A stretch of 64,000 bases of DNA from Epiperipatus broadwayi (Eukaryota > Animalia > Onychophora). Positions 26,921 to 40,311 of the stretch are shown here, in pieces. The translations under genes were made by a program, and so were the position numbers. Where the stretch lies: assembly GCA_028023455.1 (NCBI GenBank), contig JAQFVV010000001.1, positions 24,242,001 to 24,306,000 of the forward strand, read 5' to 3'. Each line of letters opens with the position of its first letter. The first letter of the stretch is position 1. The notes under the pieces were generated by a model. That model had not been told where the DNA came from. It searched no databases and saw only the letters and a list, made by a program, of their open reading frames with translations.

Positions 26921-29764
26921 ATAACATGATAAAACAATATTTAAAATACTAAATTAACACTTTTCTAACACTTTTTGAAAAATATTTTTGATTAAAATAA
27001 TAACAGAAAAATACGCAAATAAAATTTTAAAAAAAGATTTGAGGATATTTTTAATGTAAAAAAATAACTACTTTTTGTTTATCAAGAATCATTCAACAAA
27101 CCATTTTAATACTAATAACAAGTACTAATAACCTTTTCAATAATTTTAAAAAGTGCTATATTTAATGTTTGCTTAAAACGACAAACTGAATCTTTCCAGC
27201 CATGATAATCACTAAGTTAGAAAATTCAATCAATTATTTTGCGACAAATGTTTCACGGATAACCTTTTTCACCAGATATATGGTTTTATTGGCTATAATC
27301 ATTAAAGTTATATGATGTGGTTGTATTTACTTAACTTCTGGCTTAGTGCATTTAAGACTATGTATCATAAAATATTGTTGTTGTTAAAATTCATTATTTA
27401 CACTATTATAAACACAAAAAAAGTAAAACTAGACTAGACTAAATAGGACTGCTTACTGAATAAGTTTTTCGGCCTTATAACTGTTTATATGTTAATATAT
27501 GTATGGAAAGCCTTTGTTTGCTTGAACATTAAAGTAATCAATTATGTATTATAGCATTGAAATTTATACTATAATTTAAAAAAAAAAACATTAAGATAAA
27601 GGCTGGAGGTAATTAAATCAACTTGATGACCTTCTACTTTCATTTTTAATTAATTTGCCAATGCCTTCAGCCTTTTCAAAATTATTTTACTTTTAAAACT
27701 GTACTTAAGTTATAATAAATTTTGAAACTTTTACGTATATTATTACTGTTAACAGTTTACTACTGCTGAGTTTTAGTTTTTATTTATGATTATTGTCTGA
27801 CTTATTATATCTTTATCTCGCTTAAGAAAATAATGGAGTATGCAAGATCCTAATTCTGTTTGTATAATTTACTTTTACCGTTATTAACAATGTTTATGAG
27901 TTTGGAAAAAAGAGTGAATATTGAAATTTGATTCAAGTTATAAAATTCAGCAAATTTAACACTTTATTTTGTTAATTTGAAAACGATTTAAAAATCAGTA
28001 TTTTATTTTTATTGCTTGTAACAAATACTTAATCATATATATTTAAAAAAAGATATTTCTTTAACATATAATTACAATTAGTTTCTGGTGTTTGAACATT
28101 TATTTTAAGTAACTAAAAATATTAATAATCTTATTTTTTTTATTGAAAATGGAAAATATGTACCATATATTTGTATTACACACAAATAAGAATAATCTTA
28201 AAATCATTAAGCACAAAGTACTCACTCAAACCATTTTATTTAATAGACATTTATATAATCATGAGTAATCAGTAAATACAAATTAGTAATTTGGTGATCT
28301 AATTAAGACTAGCATCTAATTAAGACTCATGCTTATGTAGATGAAGTAAACTACTACTGCACATATATGTTATAAAATAACCAACAATACTGAAAATAAA
28401 CATGCAAATAGTTACACAAATCAATATTAAAAAAAGATACCGACAACTATGTCAACATTATACGTTTTGTTCAATAATTAGAATCTCTATTCCTGGAAAT
28501 ATATTTTCCCCACTCAATATTTACATGTAAATATATCATTTTTGAATTAAAAATGAATGATTCTATTCAAGAATGAAAAAAAAGATATGAAAATAACTTT
28601 GGAAATCAGGCATATATATATATTATAAATTAAATGTTATGAATATATTACTATATTCAAAAACAAACACTAATAAAGCAACTGTAGAAGGTCATTCATA
28701 TCAGTGTAAAAAATGTTATTGACAACTTCTTAATACTACATTGTTCCTAATTTAAACATATGTCACTATATCTATGTATTAAATGAAAGGGGAGATGTTT
28801 TGTTACATGTCCAGAGAAATCTGAATGAGATTTCAGTTACAAAACAAAATGTGTATACAATTCAGATAGTTGTCAGTATCTTTTTTTGCATTGTTATGAA
28901 TGATTATCTATTTACATGTTTTTTGCACTTTGATTAGCCATTTGTTATATACTTTTAAATATGTCTACATATATCTTGTATATTGAAACAATATTCTTTG
29001 TCTATCATCCTGTTTCACCTATTATGTGCCACAGTAGTATCTTTTCCCCCAGTTCAACCCCCCCCCCCAGTTCACGTACATAAGTTATGTGTGTGTATTT
29101 GTACCTGCGCGCACATCTAATAGTCATATTAATGTTTGTATGTGTATAATGTATACACACTTATAATTTTAGAATTAATAAAATTAAAATAAGATGTGAA
29201 CATCGTTGTATGTGTGGAGGCACACCTATGTGTATATGCAAAGGGAACTGTAATGTCATAGATTTAGTAAACATTACAGATTTTCTAAATTCTTTCTAAA
29301 TTATTTAATTACAGATTTGTTGGTATTCACATATAATTCTCAAATTCAGGGATGTCTGTCTTATGCATATAACAGAATGTTGACAGCTTAAATCTCTTTT
29401 AAAACAAGAGAAAATCAAGGTTGCTGGTTTCTCAGAAATATCTCCAATTAAATGGTAAACTGAGAGCCGAAGATTTTTAAAAAACTAAAATAAAGTTCAA
29501 AAGGGCAAAGACAAAATCATTAATCCAGCACCACTTGTCAATAGCCAAGTCAGAATATTTTGTTCTTAGTAAAATTTATGCTGGCTATTAAAAATTGAAA
29601 ATTAACAGTGGTAAACAACATTTAATGATTTGTGAGGGGGGTTGAGAAGGAATTAATAAAAACCCCAAAATTCAGTCAACAGGGTTCACTCATATACTTT
29701 TTCTACAATGAGAATCATAGGGTAGAGCAACCACTGCCCCTCCCTCTCAGAGAATTAATCCAAA

Positions 29765-29865
29765 ATGGACATGAAGTTCATGACCAACAGCTTGCCAAGA
29801 AGACATCGCACAAGCCAGCCTAATGGAGAGTGCCAGCATCAAGCACCTCAGTTAGAAGAAGATTG
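29765..29865 (+). CDS. Putative first coding exon of an unidentified host gene (MDMKFMTNSLPRRHRTSQPNGECQHQAPQLEED-)
   Basis: Polypyrimidine acceptor CTGCCCCTCCCTCTCAG ends at 29750. In-frame TAA at 29756, ATG in AAAATGG context at 29765, 33 open codons of non-AT-biased composition, donor TG|GTAAAT at 29865/29866. No homologue recognised and downstream exons not found. Confidence 0.45.
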
Positions 29866-30083
29866 GTAAATTTCTTCCACAGAGCTCTATAAAATTAAAC
29901 TAAACTATTAATTTAATTCATAAATTAAAGCTAGCTAAATGTTGAATGTTCAAAATTAATAATTTGTAATAACTTTTAAAAGTGAAATTTTGTAACTTTA
30001 TTTTAATAATAATCTTTGTAAGAATCTTGTCTGCTCAATAATATTAGTAATTGATAATTTTCTTAAGATAATAACTGTAATCA

Positions 30084-30102
30084 GTTGTTGTTGTTGTTGT
30101 TG

Positions 30103-30168
<66 letters not shown>

Positions 30169-30235
30169 CTACTACTACTACTACTACTATTATTATTATT
30201 ATTATTATTATTATTGTTATTATTATTATTATTTA
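30084..30235. repeat. Compound trinucleotide microsatellite (GTT)n(ATT)n(AGT)n(ACT)n(ATT)n
   Basis: Read directly from the sequence. Confidence 0.97.
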
Positions 30236-30539
30236 TTTATCTTTCTGATCTGTGGCCATGCCTATTCTTGTATTCAGAGTGGAGATTGATAATAATAATA
30301 ATTTTGGAGAGTTGATTAGTCACTCTCACTCAGCTAATTTATATTGCTGATTAGCACATCTACAAATCTCCGATCAAAAAATCTACTCTTATATATATAG
30401 TTAAGCTACTATGTTTTGGCTTATTGTTTAATTCAGGTTTGCTTATTAAATGTCTGTTTAGTCAAGTATGAAAGAATGATATTTTAAAGTATATTATAAG
30501 TAATTAGTTAATTTTTAGGTCCCAAATATGCTTTACTCC

Positions 30540-31740
30540 CCCTTAGTTACTCTCATAAACTATACAGATTACTGGGTAAACTAGGTCACTTATAATTACC
30601 TCTTTTAACATGATTTAAGTATGCTAATTTATGAACTGGCGTATTGCAGTTTCACAGAATGAAACTATTGATTTAGTGCTCGATTAATTTTAATGTTTAT
30701 ATTTCAGAAAGCTTTTACAAATGTGTTTTTATAAAGCACATAGTTGCAGTATATGCCTTGCTATTATATTTTTATTAAAATGGGCTTTGGTTTTAAGGGC
30801 TATCCCATTATCCTTAGTTCAGGAGCTCACTCTTTTAAAACTTGAACATGAGGGTCCAGATTGTTTTATAAGCTGCTCCGATCACCTGAACTAAATGTTC
30901 TTATTTTTAAGATAGCAAGTCATACAGTCCATGGGAACCGAGTACTTGGTACTGAATCCCATGAGTAACTGCACATTCAGGCTGCATCTCCTACTTATTT
31001 TATGTAGCACCATAGTCTTGAAAGTTACATTACAAATCACCAGTTTGCTCTCCATAATATTATCTCAGACCTAGCTTATGTTATGCAATCTACATAAAGA
31101 GCACATTTATTGCTCATTATGTAAAATATTAATATGTTAGTTATATTAGTTATCATTTTCATATGATTTAATTATTGGCAAATCTTGTAGGAATGGCATA
31201 CCATAGTTAAAGCATAAATAGACCACAGAATAAAACTGTAATAAACAGTGCATAAGAGATGAGAACTTGTTTTAAAATCCTCATTGCTATAAGACACATG
31301 TGTGTGTAAAGCCCAATGCACTTTTATATTTGTATTGTTTGTCATATATTTTATAATTAAATATTTAAAACTCATAAATGTTTAATGTGTCATTCATATT
31401 CCATCCCAATCTTAGTTAAATCTACTCTAATATAGTATGTTATTAATGTGTGCATTATCTAGACAGCCATAAATGTGTGGGTTTAGTTAAATCATGATTA
31501 ATTTAGTCATTTATTCTCTGAGTCTCTTGCTCCATCCTTTGCTATTGCCAGAATGCAAACTAAAAAACTCTGAGTGTAGCCTCATATATGTCACTCATAG
31601 GGTAGTAAGTCATGGAGTCTTGGTGGAGAAGCTGAGGTGCGATCTGATTTGAGGTCTCAACCCCTCACCTAGATCAGCCTTGGTATAATTTGCCAGGACT
31701 CTGAATTTTGTTGCATGAATGTACAAATATGATCATTACA
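30540..31740 (-). repeat. Unclassified LTR-like repeat, copy 2 (inverted relative to 4351-5700)
   Basis: Ends in TGATCATTACA at 31740 (reverse complement of TGTAATGATCA) and is colinear with 4351-5700. Left boundary uncertain. Confidence 0.55.
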
Positions 31741-31854
31741 ATATATTACTTATATCTAATCTATGTTTCAGAAATTACATATAATGGACATATATATAAT
31801 AATTAGCTTCATGAGATTAGGTCTTTGGAATACATGTATAACTTATAATATATG

Positions 31855-31970
<116 letters not shown>

Positions 31971-34122
31971 TTTTAAAGCATTTTAACTTATATTTTTTAT
32001 TCTTGAATAGAAGTACACTTTTCTAATTTAAATATAATATTATATTTATAAATATGTTTTATGTGGGATTGATATTCCCAAGGTACACTTGAATGAGGTT
32101 CCAGTTATATAATGAATTATCTACAGTGTGGAGATAGCTGTCATTGTCTTTTCTTCTCTTTTTTTTTTTTTTGGCATTGATAAGACTGGCTATCTATTTG
32201 ATACTAGATACTTATTTGTAGTTTAATTAGCCACTATAATATATATGTTTGTATTAATTATACTTAATTATATATTTTATAAATTATATATATTATAACA
32301 TTATACTATCATAATTAATTAATATAGCTAAAAACTGTAAAAATTTTATTGGCTTTCTTTATTAGTTAAACAAAATAAATCCACTACTATTATTGGACAC
32401 ATTGCAGATAATATAATCAAAAAAGAAATTTAAAAGTCTCTCATAGTACTGCTTAAAAGAATATAATTTTAGAAAGTATTTAAAGATGTCTTCTGAGCAG
32501 ATTTTATTGATCAATGCATGTATAAAATGTGTGCGTCTGTATTATTATTATTTTTTGTTTAAAAAGTGCAGTTGAATTTTTATGTGCAAATAGAAAATGA
32601 CATACACATTAAATTGATATTGTAAAAAGATATACAGAATGATACAATTAATTACATATAATAAAACAGAATATTTGAAACAGAACTACAATAACTATAT
32701 TATGATAATTAATAACGTGATCAGTCCATTTAAAATGTGTGTGAATGCATGAAATTTGTATATGTTTAAACTTAGAAGTTGTAAATGCAAAACTAGTCAA
32801 TTTATTTTGTTCAATCAATAGGTATTTATGAAATGAATTTACATTTACTAAAATAAATATCTGACAACTTTAAAGAGGTTTTATAAATTATTTACTTGTT
32901 AAAACTAAAAGATTGTAAAAAAATGTTTATTTTCTCCAATATTTGGAAAACTTTATCACTTAGAATAAGGCCAGACAATTTTGATCATCTGCTCATCTGT
33001 ATTACCATGAAAATGAACAAAAAATTTTCTTGAAAAATCTAAAAGAAGAAAAGATTTGTGGATAATGGTGACTAATTAAGATATCAACTGACCAGAGACT
33101 ATAAATATAACTTCTTGGGGAAAATTCAGTCAATCTTTGTAAAACTGCAGTGCAGCCAACATCCAGTCAAATTAAATCTTTAAATAGCCATTTTTGTATC
33201 ATCTTCTACAGAATGACTGAGTAGATAAACTCATTCTGGGCATTTTTCCTAGCTGGAAAAATGGATCTCTCAAACTAATAAGGATAATCAACAACAATAA
33301 GAATTATCATTAGATACTATTTTAAAGAAAATCCCATTTATTACCTCCAACTATTAATTCTCATTATAATATCAATCAAATCATGTCTCTTTTTTCAAAA
33401 TAACTGTAAAATAACTTGTCTGGAATCTATGGATTACCTCACTATGGATACTGAAAATTAAAACTTTATACAATAAGTCTAAATCCATGTCTAAATTTGC
33501 AGTTTTAGAATAAATGCTTAATTATTAATGAACATCAATAAAATTAATTTGTCTATTGATTATTATTTATTTGCTAGGTCTTATAAATTATTAAAATGAC
33601 CTGAACTATATAACAAAGTAAATTGTGTTTGAACCAAAGAATTATTAATTTAATGCCATTTAAAATATGTGATAAATGATAACCATAATAATATAAATGT
33701 ATAAATATTTTCTAAAGGATTAAACTGCTCTCATTGCAAAAAACTACAATTCAATGTGTCCTTTAATAATGGATTTAGAATGATAAATGCCACAATATGA
33801 AATAAGATACACATCATAAATAAATCAACAGACATTCTAAAATGGATTAAATGTGCTAACTGTACATTCCAGAATATGTTTCTAAATGTGTTTATTAAGA
33901 ATTTTAAAATAAATCTCTATATTAAGTGTCACCAAGGATTTAAACCTACAGAAGGAATTATTTTGTGTTTTTAATTTAATGTCTAGTGCTTACATTAAAA
34001 TATTTTTAGTAAATTACAAATGTTGGAATACTCTGCAAAATGTAAATATTTCCATAGAATAATTCTAAATTGTTCATGAAAGTAGGATTATGATTTGAGG
34101 AATTACTTAAATAAACTTTTGT

Positions 34123-34861
34123 AGAGTTATAATTATTTATTAAGAGCACAGGAAGTATATGTAAATACTTTTAAGACAGGTTATAACCTGTATCAAATGT
34201 GCCTTGAAATTTATAATAGTCAGGCAATATTTTTATTTTGCCTATAGAGGGCCCTCTCAAACCACGACACAAGATAGCGACTTTTATAAAGATAAAGTGG
34301 CCATCTTATCTTTAACCTAACTTTCTACTTATGTAGGCCAATCTGAAATATCTTGATTTGCGAGTGTGAAGCTGTTGTTCTCTCCACTGTTTAAGTCCAC
34401 TATTTTCTAAACAAATTAACATTCGTGAAATCTTGCTTGACTATTATAAATTTCAAGGCACATTTGATACAGGTTATCTCCTGTCTTAAAAGTATTTACA
34501 TATACTTCCTGTGTGCTTAATAAATAATTATAACTCTAAAATAATTTATATATTTCCAATATAAAGATCATAATATTAACTCACTGTAAATCGCAAGATT
34601 TCATGAATGTTAATTTGTATAGGAAATAGTGGACTTAAACAGTATAGAGAACAGCTTCACACTGCGAAATCAAGATACTTAAGATTGGCTTATATAAGTA
34701 GAAAGTTAGATTAAAGATAGAATGTCTACTCTTATCTTTATAAAAGTCGCTATCTTGTGTCATGGTTTGAGAGGTCTCTCTATTGGCAAAATAAAAATAT
34801 TGCTTGACTATTATAAACTTCAAGGCACATTTGATACAGGTTATAGCCTTCTTAAAAGTAT
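34123..34861. mobile_element. Family 3 copy: tandem plus inverted arrangement (X-Y-X'-S-Y'-X'), monomer ~370 bp
   Basis: X 34123-34226 is inverted at 34437-34538 and ~34801-34861; Y 34227-34436 is inverted at 34593-34800. Flanked by TTAAATAAACTTT(T)GT (34107-34122, 34862-34876). Confidence 0.85.
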
Positions 34862-37048
34862 TTAAATAAACTTTGTTTATAATTGTTGAATAATTTAGTT
34901 TTTAATTATTATTATGTAATAAATAATAAATTTCTCAAAATAATGCTGAGATATGAAGGTATAGGTAACATTTTATATATTTTATTAATGACTTTGTGTG
35001 TGAGTGTAATATATGTGATGTACACTTTATATTCGAGTCAAATTGCATTTAGTTAAACTAACTTATAAATTTTTGTAAACCTATTTATCTTTAACTTATG
35101 TTTTATTAGTCCTTAAATTTTGACTCATATTCATAGGTAGCTAATCATTCTTTGGGTAAATGTTTAAATCAGCAAGGAATATTTATTTGTAGAGAACCTA
35201 TGATATTTGTAAAATTTTGAAATGCTACACTATGCCATAAAGCATTCTGATTGTATTTGTTAGTAGAACTATATTCCTAACTAACTGCTTAAACTTTGAG
35301 TAATATAAGAAGTATAGGAAATCATTCTAGTAAAATATATGAGTGTGTAATAAATAAAACTATGTATTTTGTATATCATTTAGAAGTGCTAAGTAAATAA
35401 TTTTGCTTCCTCCAAAAGAGTGAAAGAATGAGCCAGCTTTTATAGAGTGAGGTTGATTACTGTTACCAAGATAATTAAGGATATTGTAAAACATTATTTT
35501 TCTGTATGTAAAATTAAATTTTGACTTAATATTGTTCAACCTTCTCCAATAGAGTGACATGTCTTTGCAACACTTTAGAATTACACATAATCATAACTCA
35601 AACTTAGCTTATTCATGGAGAACAAACAATATTATTTATTAATATTATAGAATTTTATATTAAATTACACTTATTATTGTTTGCTTATAATTTTGTTATT
35701 TTGTTTACATACTTGTTATTTATAATAAAGCAATTGTTATATTTAAATACATCTATTTGTCATTATTGAAATCATAGTCTTCACATATTTTGAAATAAAA
35801 GGTTATACTTCTAATCTATTAAATTACATATTTATTTATTAAATTTATATACACCATTTATTACTAATGCTATCTGAAATACAAAATTAATGGCGTAAGA
35901 TGTACAATAAAATCCTTTTTGCATTCATTATATCTAGAATAACTTAATAAACTTTACATCTATCCATCTTTTAAGTTAAGATTGATTTGGTTAATAACCC
36001 TGAGATGAATAATTAAGTGAATATTATTTAAGAATGAAAGTGAGTTAATTTTCTAGTCTTATATAAAAGAATATATTAATTTTTTATCAAGGTAATTATT
36101 TACATAAGATATATTGTAATTGAATATATGTATTTAAGAATACAGCAAGATTATTATCATACATATATAAAAATGCCCTGAGAAATTTATATATTTTAAA
36201 TTTTGTGAATTATTAAATTTTGGAATATTATTAATATTTATTTTTGTTAAAAAATACACTCCTCATAAAACACACTCATCTCAACCAGTCATCTTTTGTT
36301 CCTACCCGATTGTGACTTAATTGTAGGTTACAGTAAACATATAATTTGTTTAAATTATTTATATATAAATATATCATATTTTTCCACTCGAATCCATTTC
36401 TGTTTTTCAATATATTTTGTATGACTTATTATTGATAATTATGTACAAATAAAATGCTAGAACTTCTTTTAAGGAATATATTGCAATGTTAATATTTCTC
36501 TAGCAGTTTTTTTATTAAGAAAGAAAAGAGTGAAAAGAAAAATAATACTCATTAAGCTAATCAAATTTAGGATTGTAATAATTTTTTCTATCTAATAAAA
36601 GCTAGATTATCCATCCAGAAAACAAAATAATAATTGAAAACTAGATTATCTGGCTAAGACTGACTCTCTAAAAAAAATGTCATAAAATGTTTAAAATATA
36701 AAAAATAATTGTTATGAATTTTATAACATTTGAATTCCAGGTCTTCAGCCCAATGATATTGTAAAAATTATGAAATCTCAATAAAGTTTAAAATTTTACA
36801 AATAAGGCAGAATTTTTTTTTCTGCAAAGCATTCTTTTTAATTGTCTAAGGTGAGTTGTCTTTGTTAAAAGACCAACATTATAGTTCCTTTTTTTGTCTG
36901 AGATTTATTTTTAGTTATCATTTTGTTTAGGAAGATATAATTTTGCTGTATAGAATTATGAATAATATTCTGTTTAAATGACTTTTCTTACTTGTAATTC
37001 ATTCACTGTTAATTCTTTTTTATTTTTAATGCTGCAAAGCAGTACCCT

Positions 37049-40000
37049 CATCAACATCATCAACCATTATCAATCCACTGCAGGATGAAGATCTCTCCAA
37101 GTTCAATCCATCTTTTCCAATCTCTAGCATCTCTTCTCCACATCATCCCTACACCCTTTCTTATTTCATTCATCCATCTCACATGTGGTCTCTTTCTGGG
37201 TCTTTTACAATCTCTTGGAATCCAGTTTAAAATTTCAATTGTCCATCTATCATCATCTATTCTAGAAATATGTACAGTACACCTCTACTTCAGTCTTTTA
37301 ATTTTTTTAATGAAGTCGGTAACATCTGTTTATTCTCTTACCCATATATTGTGTTTTCGATCTCTTCTTGTTACTCTCAACATGCATCTCTCCATACTTC
37401 TTTGAGTGATCTGAAGTCTCTGTATTGCTCTTCTATTAAGTGTCCAAGTCTCACAGCTATAAGTAAGAACTAGTAAAACACATTTATTAAAAACCTTCCT
37501 TTTCAAATAGATAGGCATATTTCCTTTTAATATCAAGTTATTTCTACCAAAAGCACTCCAACCAAGTTTAATTCTATGATTAATTTTACCCATTATATTT
37601 CCATCTGCATTAATAATCTGACCAAGGTATTTGTAACTGTTAATTTCTTTTATCTCATCCTAATCAATCTTAATTTTCATATTTTGAGAAAATCCATTAA
37701 ACATTACTTTAGTCTTTTTAACATTTATTTTTAGTCCTACTTTCATCTGATAACTCCTGCAACATTTCATGCAACTCTAAAGCATTATTTGCAAAAACAA
37801 CTGCATCATCTGCAAAATCTAAATGACTTAAATAATCTCCATTTACTTTTACTCTTTTAGCTTCCCATTTTAATCCACAAAATATGACTTGCAGCAATGC
37901 TATAAAAGGTTTTGGAGAAATGGAGTCACACTGTCTTACATCTTTCTCAATGTTTACTTTCCTAGTATCATTATGTAATCTAATTGTTGCTGTTGCATAT
38001 TTATAAATATTCTTTAAAATATGACAATATCCTGGATCTATACCTTGATGATCCAATGCTTTAATCACTGAAGAAATGTTTATAGAATCAAATATCTTTT
38101 CATAATCTACAAATCCAAAGCATAATGGCAACTCATATTCATTTGTCCTTTCTATAACTTCTCTCAATACCTGGATATGATCTACTGTATTAAAACCACT
38201 TTTAAAACCAGCTTGTTCTCTTGGTTGGTGGAAATCCAATGTTCTCTGTAGATGAGTTGTAATTATCTTGGTAAAAATTTTGTATAAAACTGATAAAAGG
38301 CTGGTAGTCTGTAATTTCTAATATCTTCTTCATCACCTTTTTAAATATTAATATTAATACTGCATTCTTCAAATCATCTGGTACATCTTTATCATTTAGA
38401 CATTTAGCATATAACTTTGCTAAAATAATTATATTTCTTCACCTGCTTCTTTTAATATATCAATTATAATTCCATCATTACCTGGAGCTATTCCTGTCTT
38501 CATAAATTTAATTACATGTCTCACTTCTTCATTTAAAATTCTGGGCAATTCAGAAGATATAATAGAGATATAGGAGGTACTTGTTTTTTATTACTATATA
38601 ATTCTTAATAGAAGTCTTCTACCCATTTCATGATGTCATCTCTCTTTTTAGTAATAATTCTATTTTTTTTTCTTATTGCAGATATAAATTCCATACCAAT
38701 ACCAAAATGTTGTTTTACACTCTTAAGACTTTTATTCTCTTCTATAGCTTTCCTTGCTGGTTCACAGTTATACTTTTTTATATCATTTTCAACTCTTTTC
38801 CACACCATTTTACAAAATTCAAGATATTCAATCCTTTTTAATGCATTATTTTTGTATATCTTCATATTCCTTCTTTTCTTCATAAATTCTCTAGTCTCAG
38901 TAGAAATTTTATTGGTCAATTGCTGCTTTTTTCTACCAGCTATCTTTGTTGCAGTTCTTAAAAGTGTATCAGTTATTTTCATATTAATTTCATTCAAATC
39001 TGAATCATGTTCAAAATCTACTAATACTTGAAACCAATTTGTAAGTTCTAATTTGAATTCATTAGAATGTTTCTGAAGATTAGAAATATCAATTGTAAAT
39101 ATTGTTTTTCTTAATAATTGTTGTCTCTCTAGTTTTGCATTAACACGTATCTTACATCTTACTAATCGATGATCATTCCTGTGTTAATTTTATTAAGAAC
39201 ATTACAATCTTGAAATATATATTTTCTGTTAGTCAAAATATAATCCAATTCTGTTGTAACTTCATTTGGATGCTTCCATGCCTATTTCTTTTTAACATTT
39301 TTCTAAAAAAAAAAAAAAAAAAAAATCATAATATAAAGTTTTTCTTTTTCTGCAAATTCCACAAATCTATGTCCTCTCTCATTTCTCTTACCATAACCAA
39401 AATTACCCACAGCACTTTCATCTTTCATTTGTTTATCAATTCTAGCATTAAAGTCTCTCATAACAATTTTAAAATGTTGTTTACTCTGATCAAAAGCCTT
39501 TTGTACATCCATATAAAAATCTATTATTTCATCACTATAAGAATAACCTAAATTATCTGCATTTGGTATCTGCTATTAAGTTCTATAACTAATCTTGCCA
39601 CTCTGTCCGATACACCATCAATATCTACAATGTTATTCTTCCACTTTTTATTTATAATGAATTCTACTCCACTTGTATTTTCAATATTTGTGCTTTTATA
39701 GTAGAGTATATGTCCACTTTTTAAACCGTCTCTTCACTTTTCTTCTAACTTCACAAAATCCAATAATGTCTCATTTAATATAAGACAATTCTTCTTCTAA
39801 TTTTTGCAATCTTCCTTCACTTGAAGATCTGCAGTTGTAAGTACCTAAATAAAATGTTGTCATCAAATGGCAGACTAGGTCCACAATCAGGGAATTTTTA
39901 GCATCCTTCACCTTCAGCCATCAATTTCTGCCTTGGTTGGTGACTTTACAGCCTCCTGGGAATAAGAGCCATGATTTATTTTTATCTATCATGATTGTAT

Positions 40001-40311
40001 ACATCTTTTGGGAAAATATTTATCATTTACATATACATTCATTATGCTTTATCAGGCAACTGAGAAGAAAGACCATGGTGGTTTTTTGATTCTAAACTCA
40101 GAGATAAGAAGCCATAAACTCACCACACTGCCTAATGTGTGTTGGTGAACAGCCCATCCATGTTTATATACTATATGAATAATCACATAGTAATAACAGC
40201 TGCAACAACAAGAACGTATGGAATGGACATTAGGATTTTGCCCTGCTCAGTTCCTTTAAGGCCTCCAAGAGGAATCAAAGAGTCTCCTGTTAGTTAATAG
40301 AAAACTCCTTT
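37049..40311 (-). mobile_element. RTE-clade LINE (family A), near full-length, pseudogenised
   Basis: Colinear with 338-3040, plus the APE N-terminus and a ~400 bp 5' leader. RT motifs QAGFKSGFNTVDHIQ, FVDYEKIFDS and HLDFADD (ORF 37718-38239). (GAT)n-like tail at 37049-37065. Imperfect TSD AGCAGTAC(C/T)CT at 37038-37048 and 40320-40330. Confidence 0.95.

Noticed and set aside
30085-30315. ORF encoding poly-Leu/Val
   Set aside because: Translation of the trinucleotide microsatellite.
38630-39551. Hydrophobic plus-strand ORFs (also 547-786, 1304-1495, 37085-37473, 46591-46881)
   Set aside because: Antisense shadows of RTE LINE coding sequence.
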